Shown here in pieces: positions 1-11,584 of a DNA stretch of 64,000 nt (positions are counted from its first letter, which is position 1; the number at the start of each line of letters is the position of its first letter). Position numbers and translations under genes: made by a program. The notes under the pieces are model-generated. The model made no database searches, was not told the origin of the DNA, and saw only the letters and a list, made by a program, of their open reading frames with translations. The DNA is from Escherichia coli. Lineage in GTDB: Bacteria > Pseudomonadota > Gammaproteobacteria > Enterobacterales > Enterobacteriaceae. The stretch lies in the NCBI RefSeq assembly GCF_024298765.1, contig NZ_CP101210.1, one strand, 5' to 3'.

Positions 1-788
1 ATAGGCCTGTCTTCTTCATACACAGCTGTTTTACCAACAAGTTCCTTACTGTTAGTACGATTGAAAAGAAGATCGCCTTCTTTAACCAAATATTTATCCT
101 TTTCTTTTACACTGAGATCAAGATATTTTAAATCTGTAAAATCCCACCTACCTTGATATGTTATATTACCCATCCGTAATATAGGATATTCACCAGAATC
201 AATAGAGGCTTTTGCTGAAGTTCCATAATTTACTGAATCAACCAAGTCGCGAATCGTTCCTTTCGGGAAACGATGTATGTTGTTTGCAGGAGTTCCAAAC
301 ATCTCTAGAAACTTAGCCCGCAAAAAATCATCAGCCAGTTTGATGGCTTGTTCGCGTTTTTGGCGTATACCCTCAGCTTTATCGAGAAGATCCACAATTC
401 GTTTCTGCTCTTCAAAAGGTGGTAATTTAATAAATGTATCATAGAGATCGTCTCTATTTAATCCAGGAATACTTGTGGTAATCGTTTTCTTAGTGAGATC
501 AATTCCGCTCAGAATATAAAACAAGTATCGGAGATCTAACTTATTATTATCTTTGATCTCAACGTAATAAGCAGTATCAATGATCCAACCTCCGTCAGGA
601 GCCCAGGTAATAGCACCAACGCTGCCTTTGCGACCAATAATTATCGTGGGATAGCTGCAAAGCGTTTTATCGTGGTTGCCGACAATTCCTGAACTACCAA
701 AAACATGGACACTTCCATTCGATACTCGCTGATCAGCTTTTAATGCTTTTCCGTAGTGAACATTAATAACATCCCCTAACTTCACCAT
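1..788 (-). CDS. hsdS: Type I restriction-modification specificity subunit HsdS (3' end beyond window)
   Basis: Reverse-strand ATG at 788-786, 8 bp downstream of hsdM stop; translation MVKLGDVINVHYGKALK... has TRD/conserved-spacer architecture; reading frame runs off the window start. Confidence 0.7.
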   Translation of the reverse strand, partial: MVKLGDVINVHYGKALKADQRVSNGSVHVFGSSGIVGNHDKTLCSYPTIIIGRKGSVGAITWAPDGGWIIDTAYYVEIKDNNKLDLRYLFYILSGIDLTKKTITTSIPGLNRDDLYDTFIKLPPFEEQKRIVDLLDKAEGIRQKREQAIKLADDFLRAKFLEMFGTPANNIHRFPKGTIRDLVDSVNYGTSAKASIDSGEYPILRMGNITYQGRWDFTDLKYLDLSVKEKDKYLVKEGDLLFNRTNSKELVGKTAVYEEDRP

Positions 789-796
789 CGCCGAAC

Positions 797-2431
797 TCAC
801 AGCATACCCTCCAGCTCATCCAGATCCGCCAGAATTTCTTTTTCCAAATCTTTTAAGCGCTTTAGTATCACCTTCGGATCTTCATATTCCTCCGCCTGAT
901 ACACCACTTCTTTATAACGATTGATAGAGAGATCGTATTTCTGCGCAGCAATATCCGCTTTCGGTACAACAAACGCCGCCTGCGTGCGATCTTTAAAATC
1001 AACGCCAGCATCAATCCCTTCCGGGTACTGCTGTTTAAGCAACGAGGCTAACTTCTCACCCATAAAGTTATCAACCGGTAGCCCGCGTAAAGTACGGTAA
1101 TGCTTCCAGCTTGCCAGCAGATGCGGCAGATCGTTGTCTTTTATCGGGTTGCGCTTATCATCCAGGCTGTAGCCATCATTTTGCAGATCGTAGAACCAGA
1201 CCTCATCCGTTTGACCGCCTTTGGTAAAGATCAGGATCGCCGTCGCCACGCCAGCGTAAGGTTTAAATACACCAGAAGGCAGATTGATCACCGCTTCCAG
1301 TTGGTTATCTTCCACCAGCGTTTTGCGAAGTGACTGGTGCGCCTTGCTGGAGCCAAACAGCACGCCCTGCGGCACGATAGTGGCACTGCGCCCGCCCACT
1401 TTCAGCATTTGCAGAATACGCGCCAGGAACAGCAGTTCGGTTTTTTTGGTTTTCACCATTGCCGACAACGTGGAGTCGATATCTTCCTCGTCCAGTGAAC
1501 CGGTAAAAGGCGGGTTCGCCAGAATCAGATTGAAAGCGTTTTTACTGGCCTGAGGGAAGTTAGTGCTGAAGCTCTGGCTCATGGTGTCCTGATAGTGAAT
1601 ATCCGGCGCTTCCACACCGTGCATAATCAGGTTCATAGCGGCGATACGCAGCATGGTGGTATCAAAATCGTAACCGTGGAACATATTGTTATCTACATGG
1701 TTACGCCACGGTGTCAGCAGATCGCCGGTAAAGATTTTTTGCTCTTCCAGTTCGCCACGTTCGTTGGTGCCAATCTCAGTATGGATGGATTCCAGCGAGC
1801 TGTACTTCTCCAGAAGATATTCATAGCTGGTTGCCAGAAAACCACCGGTGCCACAGGCGGGATCACAAATCGTCTCGCCGCGGGCCGGGTTCGGCTCCAT
1901 CATTTCAACCATCGTGCGGATAATGTGGCGCGGCGTGCGGAACTGACCGTTGATTCCGGCAGTGGTCAGCTTGCTTAACAGGTATTCGTAAAGGTCGCCT
2001 TTGGTGTCGCCACGATCCAGCGGCAGGTTTTTGATCACCTCAACCGCTTTGGTCAGTAATGACGGCTTAACAATCTCCAGACGAGCATCTTTCATAAAGT
2101 TGCCCAGCAGCGTCACCTTCGACGCATCGGCCTGGCCAAGCTGACGAAAATGCTGGAATACGCCATCGCGCACCACTTCCATCATCTCATCCGAGCCAAG
2201 ATTGCTATAGTGACTGAAACGGAACTCCTGCTGTTCTGGCGCAAAACGCGGTTTAAAATCAATTCCCGCGATTTGTTTACGCTTCTCGTCGCGTTGTTCC
2301 TGGGTATCCAGCATCCGGGAATACATCAGATAGGTGATCTGTTCGATTACGGTCAGCGGGTTGGTGATACCACCCACCCAGAAATCTTCCCACAGGCCGT
2401 CGATTTTACTTTTTAAGTCACCAGTGATCAT
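797..2431 (-). CDS. hsdM: Type I restriction-modification DNA methyltransferase subunit HsdM
   Basis: 544-aa ORF with ATG start; N6-adenine methyltransferase motifs ([10 protein letters not shown] AdoMet site, NPPF catalytic motif); gene order hsdR-hsdM-hsdS. Confidence 0.9.
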   Translation of the reverse strand: MITGDLKSKIDGLWEDFWVGGITNPLTVIEQITYLMYSRMLDTQEQRDEKRKQIAGIDFKPRFAPEQQEFRFSHYSNLGSDEMMEVVRDGVFQHFRQLGQADASKVTLLGNFMKDARLEIVKPSLLTKAVEVIKNLPLDRGDTKGDLYEYLLSKLTTAGINGQFRTPRHIIRTMVEMMEPNPARGETICDPACGTGGFLATSYEYLLEKYSSLESIHTEIGTNERGELEEQKIFTGDLLTPWRNHVDNNMFHGYDFDTTMLRIAAMNLIMHGVEAPDIHYQDTMSQSFSTNFPQASKNAFNLILANPPFTGSLDEEDIDSTLSAMVKTKKTELLFLARILQMLKVGGRSATIVPQGVLFGSSKAHQSLRKTLVEDNQLEAVINLPSGVFKPYAGVATAILIFTKGGQTDEVWFYDLQNDGYSLDDKRNPIKDNDLPHLLASWKHYRTLRGLPVDNFMGEKLASLLKQQYPEGIDAGVDFKDRTQAAFVVPKADIAAQKYDLSINRYKEVVYQAEEYEDPKVILKRLKDLEKEILADLDELEGML

Positions 2432-2449
2432 TGTTAGCGTTTATATCCT

Positions 2450-2483
2450 GTTTTAAATACAAAAGCCCCGCTGTCGGGGCTTG
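2450..2483 (-). terminator. Hairpin plus T-run between hsdR stop and hsdM start
   Basis: GCCCCG-CTGT-CGGGGC stem-loop (2465-2480) followed on the minus strand by a U-rich tract; lies in the 63-bp hsdR-hsdM gap. Confidence 0.35.
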
Positions 2484-2494
2484 TCATGTGCGTA

Positions 2495-5400
2495 TTATAC
2501 CGTCGCTGCGTCGGTCACAACACCCAGCTCTTCGACTATCTTTTGCAGGCGGGCGATCTGCTCTATATCCGGGAACACACCGGTAACGCCTTCGTTGTGG
2601 ATATGCGTAAAAGGCTGTTCAAAGAGCTGCCGCATTTCAATGGTGCCGTAATCGCGAATGTGGTTTTTCAGCAATGACAGGAAGCGCAGTTGTTGGCTGG
2701 TCAGACTGTTATCAGCGGCGAACTGAGCAAAGCGCACTTCCACCGCGTCGCTGTCCATCCCGATGATGGTACGCAAAAGTTTATCCAGGCTGGCAGTTGC
2801 CTGCGGATAGAACTCTTTCAGTGCCCGGATATCAACGTTGGGGTTCTGGATCAGCACCAGCTTCGCCAGCTCATCCAGCTCGTTTTGCGTGACTGGCTCA
2901 CCGTTGCGGATTTTCTTCAGCACCGGATTTTGCTGGAACAGCGGCTCCAACGCTCCCTGAACCTGCTGGCGATAGAGTTTGAAATCAATCGAGCGGATAT
3001 TAGTTTTGCGGGTCTCTGTCTGGATCAGGTTCGCATCTTCGGTAATATCTACCTGTATCGAACCAAATTTTGGCGTCGCGTCTTTTTCCATCAGGTGCAT
3101 GATGCCGCGCAGATGAATGCGGATATCTTCCAGCTCTTCCAGGCTGGCCTGCTTCCACCAGCCTAAATCACGAAGCTGATTGATCCGCGGTCCTTGCTGT
3201 TGGACCTGCGCCAAATGCGGCGGCAGGCGCTCCACTTTTTCGACGATGACCGGCCAGAGCACATCCAGCTCTTCCGGGTTGGTATAACGGGCAGTTTGCG
3301 CCGCCAGAATATCCATATCAAAGCGCATAGCGTCGCTTTGCCCGCGCACGTCCAGCCACTGCATCAGCGGGGCCAGGACAGATAGCAAATCCTGCTGTGT
3401 TTTCGGGGAAAGCTGGCGCAGCACTTTTTCATCGCTGTACTGCGCTTTTTGATGCCACTTTTCCTGGACGGCAATCGACTTTTCATCCAGTGCATTGATT
3501 TGCTCGCGTAGCTGGTGAGCAACTAAATCCACCGCCTGTTTGTCGAATTTACGTTGCGCAGCGGCCCCCAGCATAACCCACGCTTCGAAGCGTTTTTGTG
3601 CAAGCGATTTTGTCGCTGTGACTTCGGCCTCTTCGGTATGCAGTTCGTGATACTCAAAATTGCCCCAGTGATCGAAAATGCGGAATTTCTGTTTATCCAG
3701 AGGTTTGCCGTTATCGTCGTAACCGTACAACCCCGGACAGAGGCGCGTACCACGGCCAATCATCTGCCAGAACTTCACTTTTGATTTGACCGGTTTGGCA
3801 AAGACCAGATTCACAATTTCCGGGACATCAATACCGGTATCGAGCATGTCAACGGAGATAGCGATGGTCAGCTCTTTGTTGGTGCTTTCATCCAGCCCTT
3901 TAAAATCATCAATCAGTTGCTCGGCGCGGGGATCGTAATTGTCGATGACCTGGCAGAAGCGCCCGGCAAACTGCGGGTACATATCGTCGAATAATTCATT
4001 CAACAGCAGCGCGTGTTTGTGGTTACGGGCGAAAATGATGGTTTTACCTGGCAACTGGCCGTCCCGATCTTTCAGGCCATTTTCCATCAGGTTACGCAGG
4101 ATATAGCGGTTGGTGTCTTTGTTGTAGATCGCCTCATCCAGCGCCTTGCCATCAAACTCCAGCGTATTGGGATCTATGCCTTGTTCTTCCAGCTCGCGGA
4201 TTTGTGCGTCGCTTAATTTCTCCCGTTTGATGCCTTCGCGCAGGAATTCTGTGGTGTGCGTGACAACCTCATAGGGAACCAGATTGTTATCGGCGATGGC
4301 ATCTTCCAGGCTGTAGTTGGCGGTAGGAATACGTCCTTCACAACCAAACAGGCCGAAAGTGGTTTTACTCACCATGTCAATCGGCGTGGCCGTCAGGCCA
4401 ATCTGGAGGGCATCAAAATACTTAAACAGATCGCCGTAAACGTTGTAGATAGAGCGATGGGATTCATCGGCGATGATCAAATCGAAATAACCAACATCGA
4501 AATGGTCCATGATTTTCATCATACCAGGATAGGTGGCGATGTAGATCCTAGCATTCTGCCTGTCTGCTTTTTTCGATTTCCCGACCACATACAGCGGCTC
4601 ATTGGTGAATTGATTAAAGGCATTCGCCGCCTGTTTACGTAGTTCCTTGCGGTCGCAAAGAAACAGGACGCGTTTTACCCAGCGGGCATCAATCATCAGT
4701 TTGCTTAGCGCTATTGCCACGCGGGTTTTGCCTGTACCCGTAGCCTGAACAATTAGCGATTGCCGGTATTTGTTGGTAAACCGCTCGCTGACACGGGCAA
4801 TGGTTTCAAGCTGGTACAAACGTCCGGCAACGGCCTTACCTTCGTTATCTTTTACGTGCGGCACACTGTTCAGCGGAAGACGGGTTTCACGCTGTTGAAT
4901 AAGATATTGCAGGCTTTCCTTGCTGTAGAAGCCAAACACCCGACGCGGGGGATAACCATGAGTTTTATGGTCATCCCACAGCCAGATATCATAGCCGTTG
5001 GTGTAGAAGATGATCGGACGCTGGCCGTATTCTTTTTCCAGCCAGTCTGCATACAGCCGGGCCTGAATTCGTCCTTGCTCGGCATTGACGCTGGTTTTTT
5101 TTGCTTCCACCACCGCCAGCGGTTTGTGTGCCTCATCCCACAAGACATAGTCCGCATAACCGTCTCCGGTCGCGGTAGGTTGTTCTTTAACGGGATGTTC
5201 CTGCGTAACCTGATCGGTATTTTTAAGGCCTTCGCCTACATTCCAGTCAGCAGCAAGCAGGCGAGAGTCAATCAGGCGACGGCGGGTTTCCGCTTCATCA
5301 ATAGAGAGAATATCGGCAACATGCTGGTTACGCGCTCTGGCTTCATTCAGGCGTTGAGTGAGGTGTTCGGCCTTTTCCTGTTCTTGCTGTAGTGCGCGTT

Positions 5401-5911
5401 GCAGCGCCAGTTCGCGCTCACGGCTTTCATCCTGAGCCCTGATTGCATCTTCCAGACGTTTTTCATCTGCACGACCTGAAGATTGTGTTAATGGAGGGAG
5501 TGTAAATTTGGGGCAGTCATCAACATTACCGTGGGCGTAGCGAACATACAGCCAAATTCCCAACAAATACGCTTCTTTGAGCAGCCAGTAAGTATCTTTA
5601 GCTTTGATACGTCCGCCGTGCGCGGCACGGTTGCCATGGATACGCAGCGCATCCATTTTCATGATGATGGCTTCCGGCATCATGCTGGTAAAGACATCAG
5701 CATTCATTAAATCGTAAAGATTAGCCTTAATACCTTCCGGCAACCGCTCCTGACGATACAACCAGCGCACCATCAATTCGGTGTAGTTGCGCAGCTTGAC
5801 CAGACAGCTTTCCGGATCGGAGTGAACATAGCGTTCCGCCATACACGCGAGTTCAGCCAGTTCCGGCCACTGGCTGCGCAACATTTCAAAATTGAGAGAC
5901 TGCTCCATCAA
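2495..5911 (-). CDS. hsdR: Type I restriction enzyme endonuclease/helicase subunit HsdR
   Basis: 1138-aa ORF; N-terminus MMEQSLNFEML resembles EcoKI-type HsdR; PD-(D/E)xK-like segment (DYVLWDE...VVEAKK), Walker A QATGTGKT and DESH helicase motifs. First codon in track is TTG; ATG is the second codon (5908). Confidence 0.9.
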   Translation of the reverse strand: MMEQSLNFEMLRSQWPELAELACMAERYVHSDPESCLVKLRNYTELMVRWLYRQERLPEGIKANLYDLMNADVFTSMMPEAIIMKMDALRIHGNRAAHGGRIKAKDTYWLLKEAYLLGIWLYVRYAHGNVDDCPKFTLPPLTQSSGRADEKRLEDAIRAQDESRERELALQRALQQEQEKAEHLTQRLNEARARNQHVADILSIDEAETRRRLIDSRLLAADWNVGEGLKNTDQVTQEHPVKEQPTATGDGYADYVLWDEAHKPLAVVEAKKTSVNAEQGRIQARLYADWLEKEYGQRPIIFYTNGYDIWLWDDHKTHGYPPRRVFGFYSKESLQYLIQQRETRLPLNSVPHVKDNEGKAVAGRLYQLETIARVSERFTNKYRQSLIVQATGTGKTRVAIALSKLMIDARWVKRVLFLCDRKELRKQAANAFNQFTNEPLYVVGKSKKADRQNARIYIATYPGMMKIMDHFDVGYFDLIIADESHRSIYNVYGDLFKYFDALQIGLTATPIDMVSKTTFGLFGCEGRIPTANYSLEDAIADNNLVPYEVVTHTTEFLREGIKREKLSDAQIRELEEQGIDPNTLEFDGKALDEAIYNKDTNRYILRNLMENGLKDRDGQLPGKTIIFARNHKHALLLNELFDDMYPQFAGRFCQVIDNYDPRAEQLIDDFKGLDESTNKELTIAISVDMLDTGIDVPEIVNLVFAKPVKSKVKFWQMIGRGTRLCPGLYGYDDNGKPLDKQKFRIFDHWGNFEYHELHTEEAEVTATKSLAQKRFEAWVMLGAAAQRKFDKQAVDLVAHQLREQINALDEKSIAVQEKWHQKAQYSDEKVLRQLSPKTQQDLLSVLAPLMQWLDVRGQSDAMRFDMDILAAQTARYTNPEELDVLWPVIVEKVERLPPHLAQVQQQGPRINQLRDLGWWKQASLEELEDIRIHLRGIMHLMEKDATPKFGSIQVDITEDANLIQTETRKTNIRSIDFKLYRQQVQGALEPLFQQNPVLKKIRNGEPVTQNELDELAKLVLIQNPNVDIRALKEFYPQATASLDKLLRTIIGMDSDAVEVRFAQFAADNSLTSQQLRFLSLLKNHIRDYGTIEMRQLFEQPFTHIHNEGVTGVFPDIEQIARLQKIVEELGVVTDAATV

Positions 5912-6004
5912 TCATCGCCTTATGTCGTGGATACAACAGCATTTCTGGAAAGAATATCACACTAATTTGGCCGACGAAGTGAGCCGGAAAGGGCGGAATT
6001 ACCA

Positions 6005-6337
6005 TTAATTCTCATATTTAAAGTCGATGTTTATTTTGAGTGTTTCAATATTCACAGTGACTTCGCAACCATGCCAGAATGGCTTTTCTTGTGATTTAAA
6101 GTTATCCACAAACAAATTTCTTAGTTCCACCAAAAGATCTAAAAGTCTTTCACTGGCATCTGCGGTTTCAGTGATCCAATGTTGATTGCCCTGTTTATCT
6201 ACATAGTCATAAGTAAACTCACCACAGTCGCTTTCCGGTTCTAACTTTGCACACAGAATGATTTTGACTGCATCACTAGGAGTGATCGATAGCAACACCG
6301 AACCAATGTCATTATAAATATCCTGATCAGAACGCAT
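6005..6337 (-). CDS. Putative CdiI-type immunity protein for the adjacent CdiA-CT nuclease
   Basis: 110-aa ORF whose ATG (6337-6335) overlaps the TAA stop of the toxin ORF (TAATG coupling); small acidic protein, AT-rich; position typical of cdiI. Confidence 0.55.
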   Translation of the reverse strand: MRSDQDIYNDIGSVLLSITPSDAVKIILCAKLEPESDCGEFTYDYVDKQGNQHWITETADASERLLDLLVELRNLFVDNFKSQEKPFWHGCEVTVNIETLKINIDFKYEN

Positions 6338-9300
6338 TATTTACCTCCGGGTGCATTGTTAAATACTTTTTCAATCGGGCGACCTCCATCTATCGAATAT
6401 ACTACTTTAAATTTAGCAGGTCTGACACTATCCCCAATATACGATGGCTGAATGTTGACCTTAACCTCTTTTCCTTCACCCAATGCTTTTGCCCAAGTAT
6501 TTTCCATCTGCTTCCAGGCTCCTTTGTTCAGATTTCCATCCATTGGAACAAGGTTCAATTTTTCACCAGGACCATTAAAAATACTGGCTATTAAATGACC
6601 ACCCTCATCTCCATCAAGGCCACACTTACCTGCTTTACATTGTTGATAGCCATTTCTATCCTTTACATTAGGACTAAGAGTTGCTTCAACCTGGCTTGGC
6701 CTTGCCTGAGCATCAGTTTTATAAATTTTATCACCATCTACATGATAAACTTTATTCGGCTGTGGGTTATTTAGCTCTTTGCTCCAGTTCCCTTTACCAC
6801 CTGAGTCTAGCATCAGCTTTTCAAGTGACTCCGCACTGATTTTCTGACCTGTCTGTTTTTCAACAGCCATTAGAGCCTTCAACTCTGACAACTCGCTGGC
6901 AGACATTTTACCAACCGCCGCTACTGTCAGGCCCGCTGGAAGAGCATCGCCAGCGACCATTTCCGCAACCCAGATACTAACTTCATTTGCACACAGCACA
7001 GTATTCGCACCACAGGCACTGACTGCTGCCTGGGCGGCTGCAATTGCTTCCGGAGTCAGAGCAATCACTACCCCACCTGTAGCCCCCCCAACAAGCGCTG
7101 CTGCAATCGCTTTGTTTACAGCCTCACCGCGTTTACATTCAGCCCCGCCAGGGTTAGTCGAGCAGGACGCAATATCTTTGCCATGCTCCTGCACGAACTT
7201 GGTCTGAGTGTCTTCATTACCACCCAGCAGGTTATTCTCAACAACATTCTTCCCAGCAGCAGCTCCGGTAGCCACACCCGCAGTATTCCCACCTGCAACA
7301 CCACCCGCCATACCTGCTGAGATACTCGCCAGCGTACTTAGCGTCTGCTTCTGGTCCTCGGTCAGCTTCGACAGGTCTTTCTCATCCGGATATAAAACCT
7401 TCGCGATTGCACCTGCGATAAGTTCACCGCTCACCGCACCGACTGAACCTGCTGCGGCATTATTTCCCTGAAGAGCCGCAGTCACACCGCCGAGAATGGC
7501 ATGAGCAATGGCTTTCGCTGCATCGTTATCATTAATTCCAGCATTGTGCCCTATGAAGTTTGCCAGTTCCGGTGCAGAAGCTCCGGCCAGAGCACCCGCT
7601 AAATTCCCCCCAGCCAGTCCCTGAAGCGCGGCTGTCGCGGCCTGGATACCCCGCTGCATATCGCTACCGGTACCATACTTTTCCTGTTCCTTTTTGTATT
7701 CCGGCGTATCACGCAGTTTTGCCAGATATGCCTGCCGCTGTTCTTCCGTCGTATCCGCCGGAACAGGCCCATATTTATCCTGCGCAGCCTTCAACGCATT
7801 CAGTTCACCCTGCGTCCGCGCGATATCCGCCACCTGACTGCCTATGTCACTGATAAGCCCCACTGTCTGCAGACGCCTCTGCTCTTTCTCCTTGTCAAAT
7901 ATCGGGCTGATACTGTCGTTGGCGTGTTCCGGGTCACGGCTCAGGTTCGCCAGATTCTGCTTCTGATTGTCCCTGTCCCGGATGGTGATAGTGCCTTCTG
8001 CCACTGCGGCCTGAGTCGTTCCTTCCGCATGTCCGCTGTGACCTCCGGCGGATATCATGCCACCCGGCATGTTACCCTGAAATTTATCCCCGAAGCTGCC
8101 ACCACCGCTCAGACTGATTCCACTGTGACTGACTTTATAATCCGCTTCGTTGTGAAGGTCACTGAACCCCAGCGTTCCGGTATCCAGGTGGTTTTTATCC
8201 GGTGTGGCAGTGGAGGCAATCACCGCACCATCCAGTTGGGTATGTTTACCCACTGTGATGTCGAAGCCGCCGTCACCGGCAAACATTCCGGTTTGTTCAG
8301 CAACGGAGTCAAAGCGGCTCTTCATCTTATCCCGGGAGGCAGCGATGTAACCTGAGCCGGTCATGGAGCCAAAGGTAAAACTGCCGCCGGCAGCCACGCT
8401 GGTCTGTTTACTGTCGTACTTACTGGTGTCCTGCTGGCTGCTTATCAGCAGGTCGTGGCCCACATCGGCGATAATCCTGTTGCCGTTGACCTGAGCACCG
8501 TTCAGTACCGTATCCCGACCACTGTTGATGGTGACGGTTTTACCGCTGTCTATTGTGGTTTCAGTCCACTCAGTACCGTTACCTTTCTCGCTGCCTTTTG
8601 CCGCATTAACGCTGGCAAAGACACTGATACCGGCACCGTTACCACCGGCACCGATACTGACACCCACGCCACCGCCACTGCTGCTGTTCCTGCCCGTTGT
8701 TTTTTGTGTGTTTGCCGCGCCACTCAACAGAACATCATTCGCAGCATCCAGGTTTGTGTTACCACCGGCCTTAAGCTGGCTTCCGGCAATCACAATATCT
8801 CCGCGGTTATCGCCCCTGTTTTTACCGGTTGCGACAACAGACAGATTATTCCCGGCATTCAGCGTACTGCCGGATACTGTGTCACTTTCAGAATGTTGTT
8901 GTGATTTCGATTTCTGGGTGGTGAGCGACAGGCTGACTCCCATCGCATTCGGGTCACCGGTTGCGGAGGCCATTGCCGCAGCCTGTCCGGCCTGCACACC
9001 AGACAGCGCTGTCTTTGTAGCCTGCAGGGTTTTCAGACGGCTGTCACTGCTCTCCTTCGTCTCCTGTGCACTGGTGACCGCATTATTGATGGCACTGCCC
9101 ACTGTGCCGGAAAGGGCAACCGTCAGCCCGCTTTTCTTCTGCTCAAATTTTTCGTCCACAGTACGACGGTCATGCCCCGGGTCAACCACCACACTGTCAC
9201 CGGTAATGCTGATATCCCGGTTCGCAATCACATCCGAACCGCTGATATGAGCCTGTTTGCCCGCGGTAATACTGACATTACCGGCAGTGGAGCCGATGGT

Positions 9301-9801
9301 ACTGGCACTCTGACTCTGCGTTGTCCCGGCCTCGCGGCGGTCGTGCGTTGTCTTACTGCTGCCAATGGTGAAGCCAATACCGCCGGTACCCATCAGACCG
9401 GATTTCTTCGTTTCCTTAAAGCGCCAGGACGTATCTGTACTGGTGGCAGCAAGAACATCAACATGGTTACCCGCCGCCAGTGACACATCCCGGTCAGCCA
9501 CCACATCCGAACCCTCTACCGTCAGGTTATCACCGGCGTTAACGGTCACGCGGTTCCCCGACAGCAGGGAGCCTGCTTCACGGGAGGCACTGTTCTCACT
9601 GATGGTGTGGGTGGTTTTCTTACTGAGAAAACCTCCGCTTTTTTTCTTCGTTTCCAGATAGTGATAGTCACTTTCTGTCGCCGTGGTCAGGGCGACATCA
9701 CGACCGGCATTCACACTGATATTGCCGGTTGCGGTAACGGATGACGCAACAGCGGTGATACGCATACTGAAGAGCATTCCGTATAAAGATTCAGCTGGCA
9801 A
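6337..9801 (-). CDS. cdiA: 5'-truncated CdiA (contact-dependent inhibition toxin) fragment: FHA-repeat region, pretoxin-VENN, C-terminal nuclease toxin domain
   Basis: Gly/Ser/Thr-rich filamentous-haemagglutinin-type repeats; [16 protein letters not shown]...AGKNVVENN pretoxin-VENN motif (VENN codons at 7231-7242); 297-aa CT with GHLIAS...[14 protein letters not shown] resembling the Serratia nuclease / Endonuclease_NS active-site region. No signal peptide or TPS domain; frame opens at a stop with TTG as first codon, no cdiB nearby. Confidence 0.8.
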   Translation of the reverse strand: MPAESLYGMLFSMRITAVASSVTATGNISVNAGRDVALTTATESDYHYLETKKKSGGFLSKKTTHTISENSASREAGSLLSGNRVTVNAGDNLTVEGSDVVADRDVSLAAGNHVDVLAATSTDTSWRFKETKKSGLMGTGGIGFTIGSSKTTHDRREAGTTQSQSASTIGSTAGNVSITAGKQAHISGSDVIANRDISITGDSVVVDPGHDRRTVDEKFEQKKSGLTVALSGTVGSAINNAVTSAQETKESSDSRLKTLQATKTALSGVQAGQAAAMASATGDPNAMGVSLSLTTQKSKSQQHSESDTVSGSTLNAGNNLSVVATGKNRGDNRGDIVIAGSQLKAGGNTNLDAANDVLLSGAANTQKTTGRNSSSGGGVGVSIGAGGNGAGISVFASVNAAKGSEKGNGTEWTETTIDSGKTVTINSGRDTVLNGAQVNGNRIIADVGHDLLISSQQDTSKYDSKQTSVAAGGSFTFGSMTGSGYIAASRDKMKSRFDSVAEQTGMFAGDGGFDITVGKHTQLDGAVIASTATPDKNHLDTGTLGFSDLHNEADYKVSHSGISLSGGGSFGDKFQGNMPGGMISAGGHSGHAEGTTQAAVAEGTITIRDRDNQKQNLANLSRDPEHANDSISPIFDKEKEQRRLQTVGLISDIGSQVADIARTQGELNALKAAQDKYGPVPADTTEEQRQAYLAKLRDTPEYKKEQEKYGTGSDMQRGIQAATAALQGLAGGNLAGALAGASAPELANFIGHNAGINDNDAAKAIAHAILGGVTAALQGNNAAAGSVGAVSGELIAGAIAKVLYPDEKDLSKLTEDQKQTLSTLASISAGMAGGVAGGNTAGVATGAAAGKNVVENNLLGGNEDTQTKFVQEHGKDIASCSTNPGGAECKRGEAVNKAIAAALVGGATGGVVIALTPEAIAAAQAAVSACGANTVLCANEVSIWVAEMVAGDALPAGLTVAAVGKMSASELSELKALMAVEKQTGQKISAESLEKLMLDSGGKGNWSKELNNPQPNKVYHVDGDKIYKTDAQARPSQVEATLSPNVKDRNGYQQCKAGKCGLDGDEGGHLIASIFNGPGEKLNLVPMDGNLNKGAWKQMENTWAKALGEGKEVKVNIQPSYIGDSVRPAKFKVVYSIDGGRPIEKVFNNAPGGK

Positions 9802-10032
9802 AACTTTATCAGTCCATAAAAATCAACGGAAGCGCAGATGGTTCACACGTCCATTACCAACTGATTGTTGTCACAACCGGTAACACAAAGTACTGAACGA
9901 CTGTTTTTAACAGCGGTGTTGCGTCATCCACCACCGTGAAACAACGCTGTGCAGGGAATCGTCCGCATCCCCATAACGGTCAAACATCGTGGCGTTGACA
10001 GAATGACCGACGAAAAGCCAGAAAGCGCTGAT

Positions 10033-10581
10033 TCACTGAGCTGTAATCAATGTACAGCGCTGTACCGGACGATGGGTAATGGCGGTCACAACCGGTAACC
10101 CCAGAGACAATGCGACTGTTTTTAACGCAACATACTGACCGGATGTATCACCCCGGGCAACCCGAAAACACCTTTCCACCCGGCATTGTCCGCCAGCACT
10201 TATCACCTGCCAGCTATGTTGCAGTAAATCCACCACTTGCGAACATTGTTCATCAACTGTGACACAGGCTCGCGGGTGACAAATACTCGTCTGGCTGAGC
10301 AGCAACAGGCATCGAATTGTTGCTCCTCCATGTTGTTCCCGCAACCAGCGTAATACCACCGACGATGATGGACTGGCAGTGTGATTGCTCTCAGTAATAC
10401 GTTCATGCAGTTGTCGATAAAAGGAAGTACAGAATGCATGAATCTGTTGCCCGTTGATATTTCCTTCTGCCGAATGGAGTGTGAAGTAAAATGCCAGCAA
10501 ATGCGGCCAGTGGTCCACCGCCTGCTGAACAAAACGCCGGATGTCTCCCGGCTCTGAAATTAAGGCTTCGGTTATTTGCAC
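10033..10581 (-). CDS. Hypothetical protein (possible remnant at the cdiA truncation junction)
   Basis: 182-aa ORF with overlapping alternative frame; no recognisable motifs; low coding confidence. Confidence 0.2.
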   Translation of the reverse strand: MQITEALISEPGDIRRFVQQAVDHWPHLLAFYFTLHSAEGNINGQQIHAFCTSFYRQLHERITESNHTASPSSSVVLRWLREQHGGATIRCLLLLSQTSICHPRACVTVDEQCSQVVDLLQHSWQVISAGGQCRVERCFRVARGDTSGQYVALKTVALSLGLPVVTAITHRPVQRCTLITAQ

Positions 10582-11026
10582 GAAATGTTCCTTTTCAAAC
10601 CCTGTTGGATTTTGTCAAGACGGTACAGACACAGTAAAGCGCGCATCAACACCTGAAAGGTACGATACAAACACAAGTTACAAACAATAAGAACGGAAGG
10701 ACAATTAATCAGTGAGGAATAATAACTAAATTAACCAAAAGAATGTTACTGACAATACCACCAATACTTAAATAGCAATATATTAATTAATGTAAGAACA
10801 GATGCCCGGTAAGACATATACACAATACATCCACAAACACACTCTTTTCATTAAATAAATCACCTGATTAAACCATGAAAGTGTGATGTAAGTCAAAATT
10901 ACTGACACAATCAATTGATAATGATTATCTCTATCATTATCGTGAAATTCGAGAATGAAAGGAGAAGTAGTCATTATAAGTCTTTTATAAATCGTCATCA
11001 TCATAGTAAAGTAGAACACTTTTTAT

Positions 11027-11485
11027 ATGAGTTACTATATGAAAATATACTGGACAAGAAAAAACATTCCTGAACTTTCAGCACTTCCACCTTCATTAAG
11101 AAAGAAAAATTTTACTGACGCATATAATGCTGCATCTTCCCATATCGAATACTGGATAGGTGCTGGCGTCTCATTTATCTCGATGATGATTTTATTCAAA
11201 GTATATGACTTTCTTTTACCCGCCCAAGATACTTTCCCGGGTGATATCATAAGAAGTTTATGTGTTGTGTGTCCATCCATATTAATCTGGTTTCAGTTTT
11301 CGGTATATGTCATGAGGAAATATTACAGACATATTCTGGAACGAGGTAAGGAAACCGAAACCATTTCAGAAAGGTTGATACGTGAGGCTGATACACGAGA
11401 ATATGAATTATGGCGTCCGGCCCATCGCTTTTTCTCCATTATTCTATTAGTTTGCATTCATTCACTGATAACAACTATAAAATAA
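11027..11485 (+). CDS. Hypothetical small membrane protein (microcin-locus accessory)
   Basis: 152-aa ORF with ATG start, two or more hydrophobic segments; AT-rich, adjacent to the CPBP gene and microcin genes. Confidence 0.4.
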   Translation: MSYYMKIYWTRKNIPELSALPPSLRKKNFTDAYNAASSHIEYWIGAGVSFISMMILFKVYDFLLPAQDTFPGDIIRSLCVVCPSILIWFQFSVYVMRKYYRHILERGKETETISERLIREADTREYELWRPAHRFFSIILLVCIHSLITTIK

Positions 11486-11584
11486 AAGTTATGGCTGTTC
11501 TGATACAGGAAAATAAACGTTCATTCTATGGTTACCTCTTCCTGTTATATAAAAGAATTTTAAACAACAAGTAAGGGAATATAA

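Noticed and set aside
7116-9661. Multiple plus-strand ORFs (e.g. 7208-7471, 7560-7853, 8525-9250, 9365-9661) with Pro/Ala/Ser-rich translations
   Set aside because: They lie antisense within the Gly/Ser/Thr-rich cdiA repeat region; their low-complexity translations are a composition artefact.
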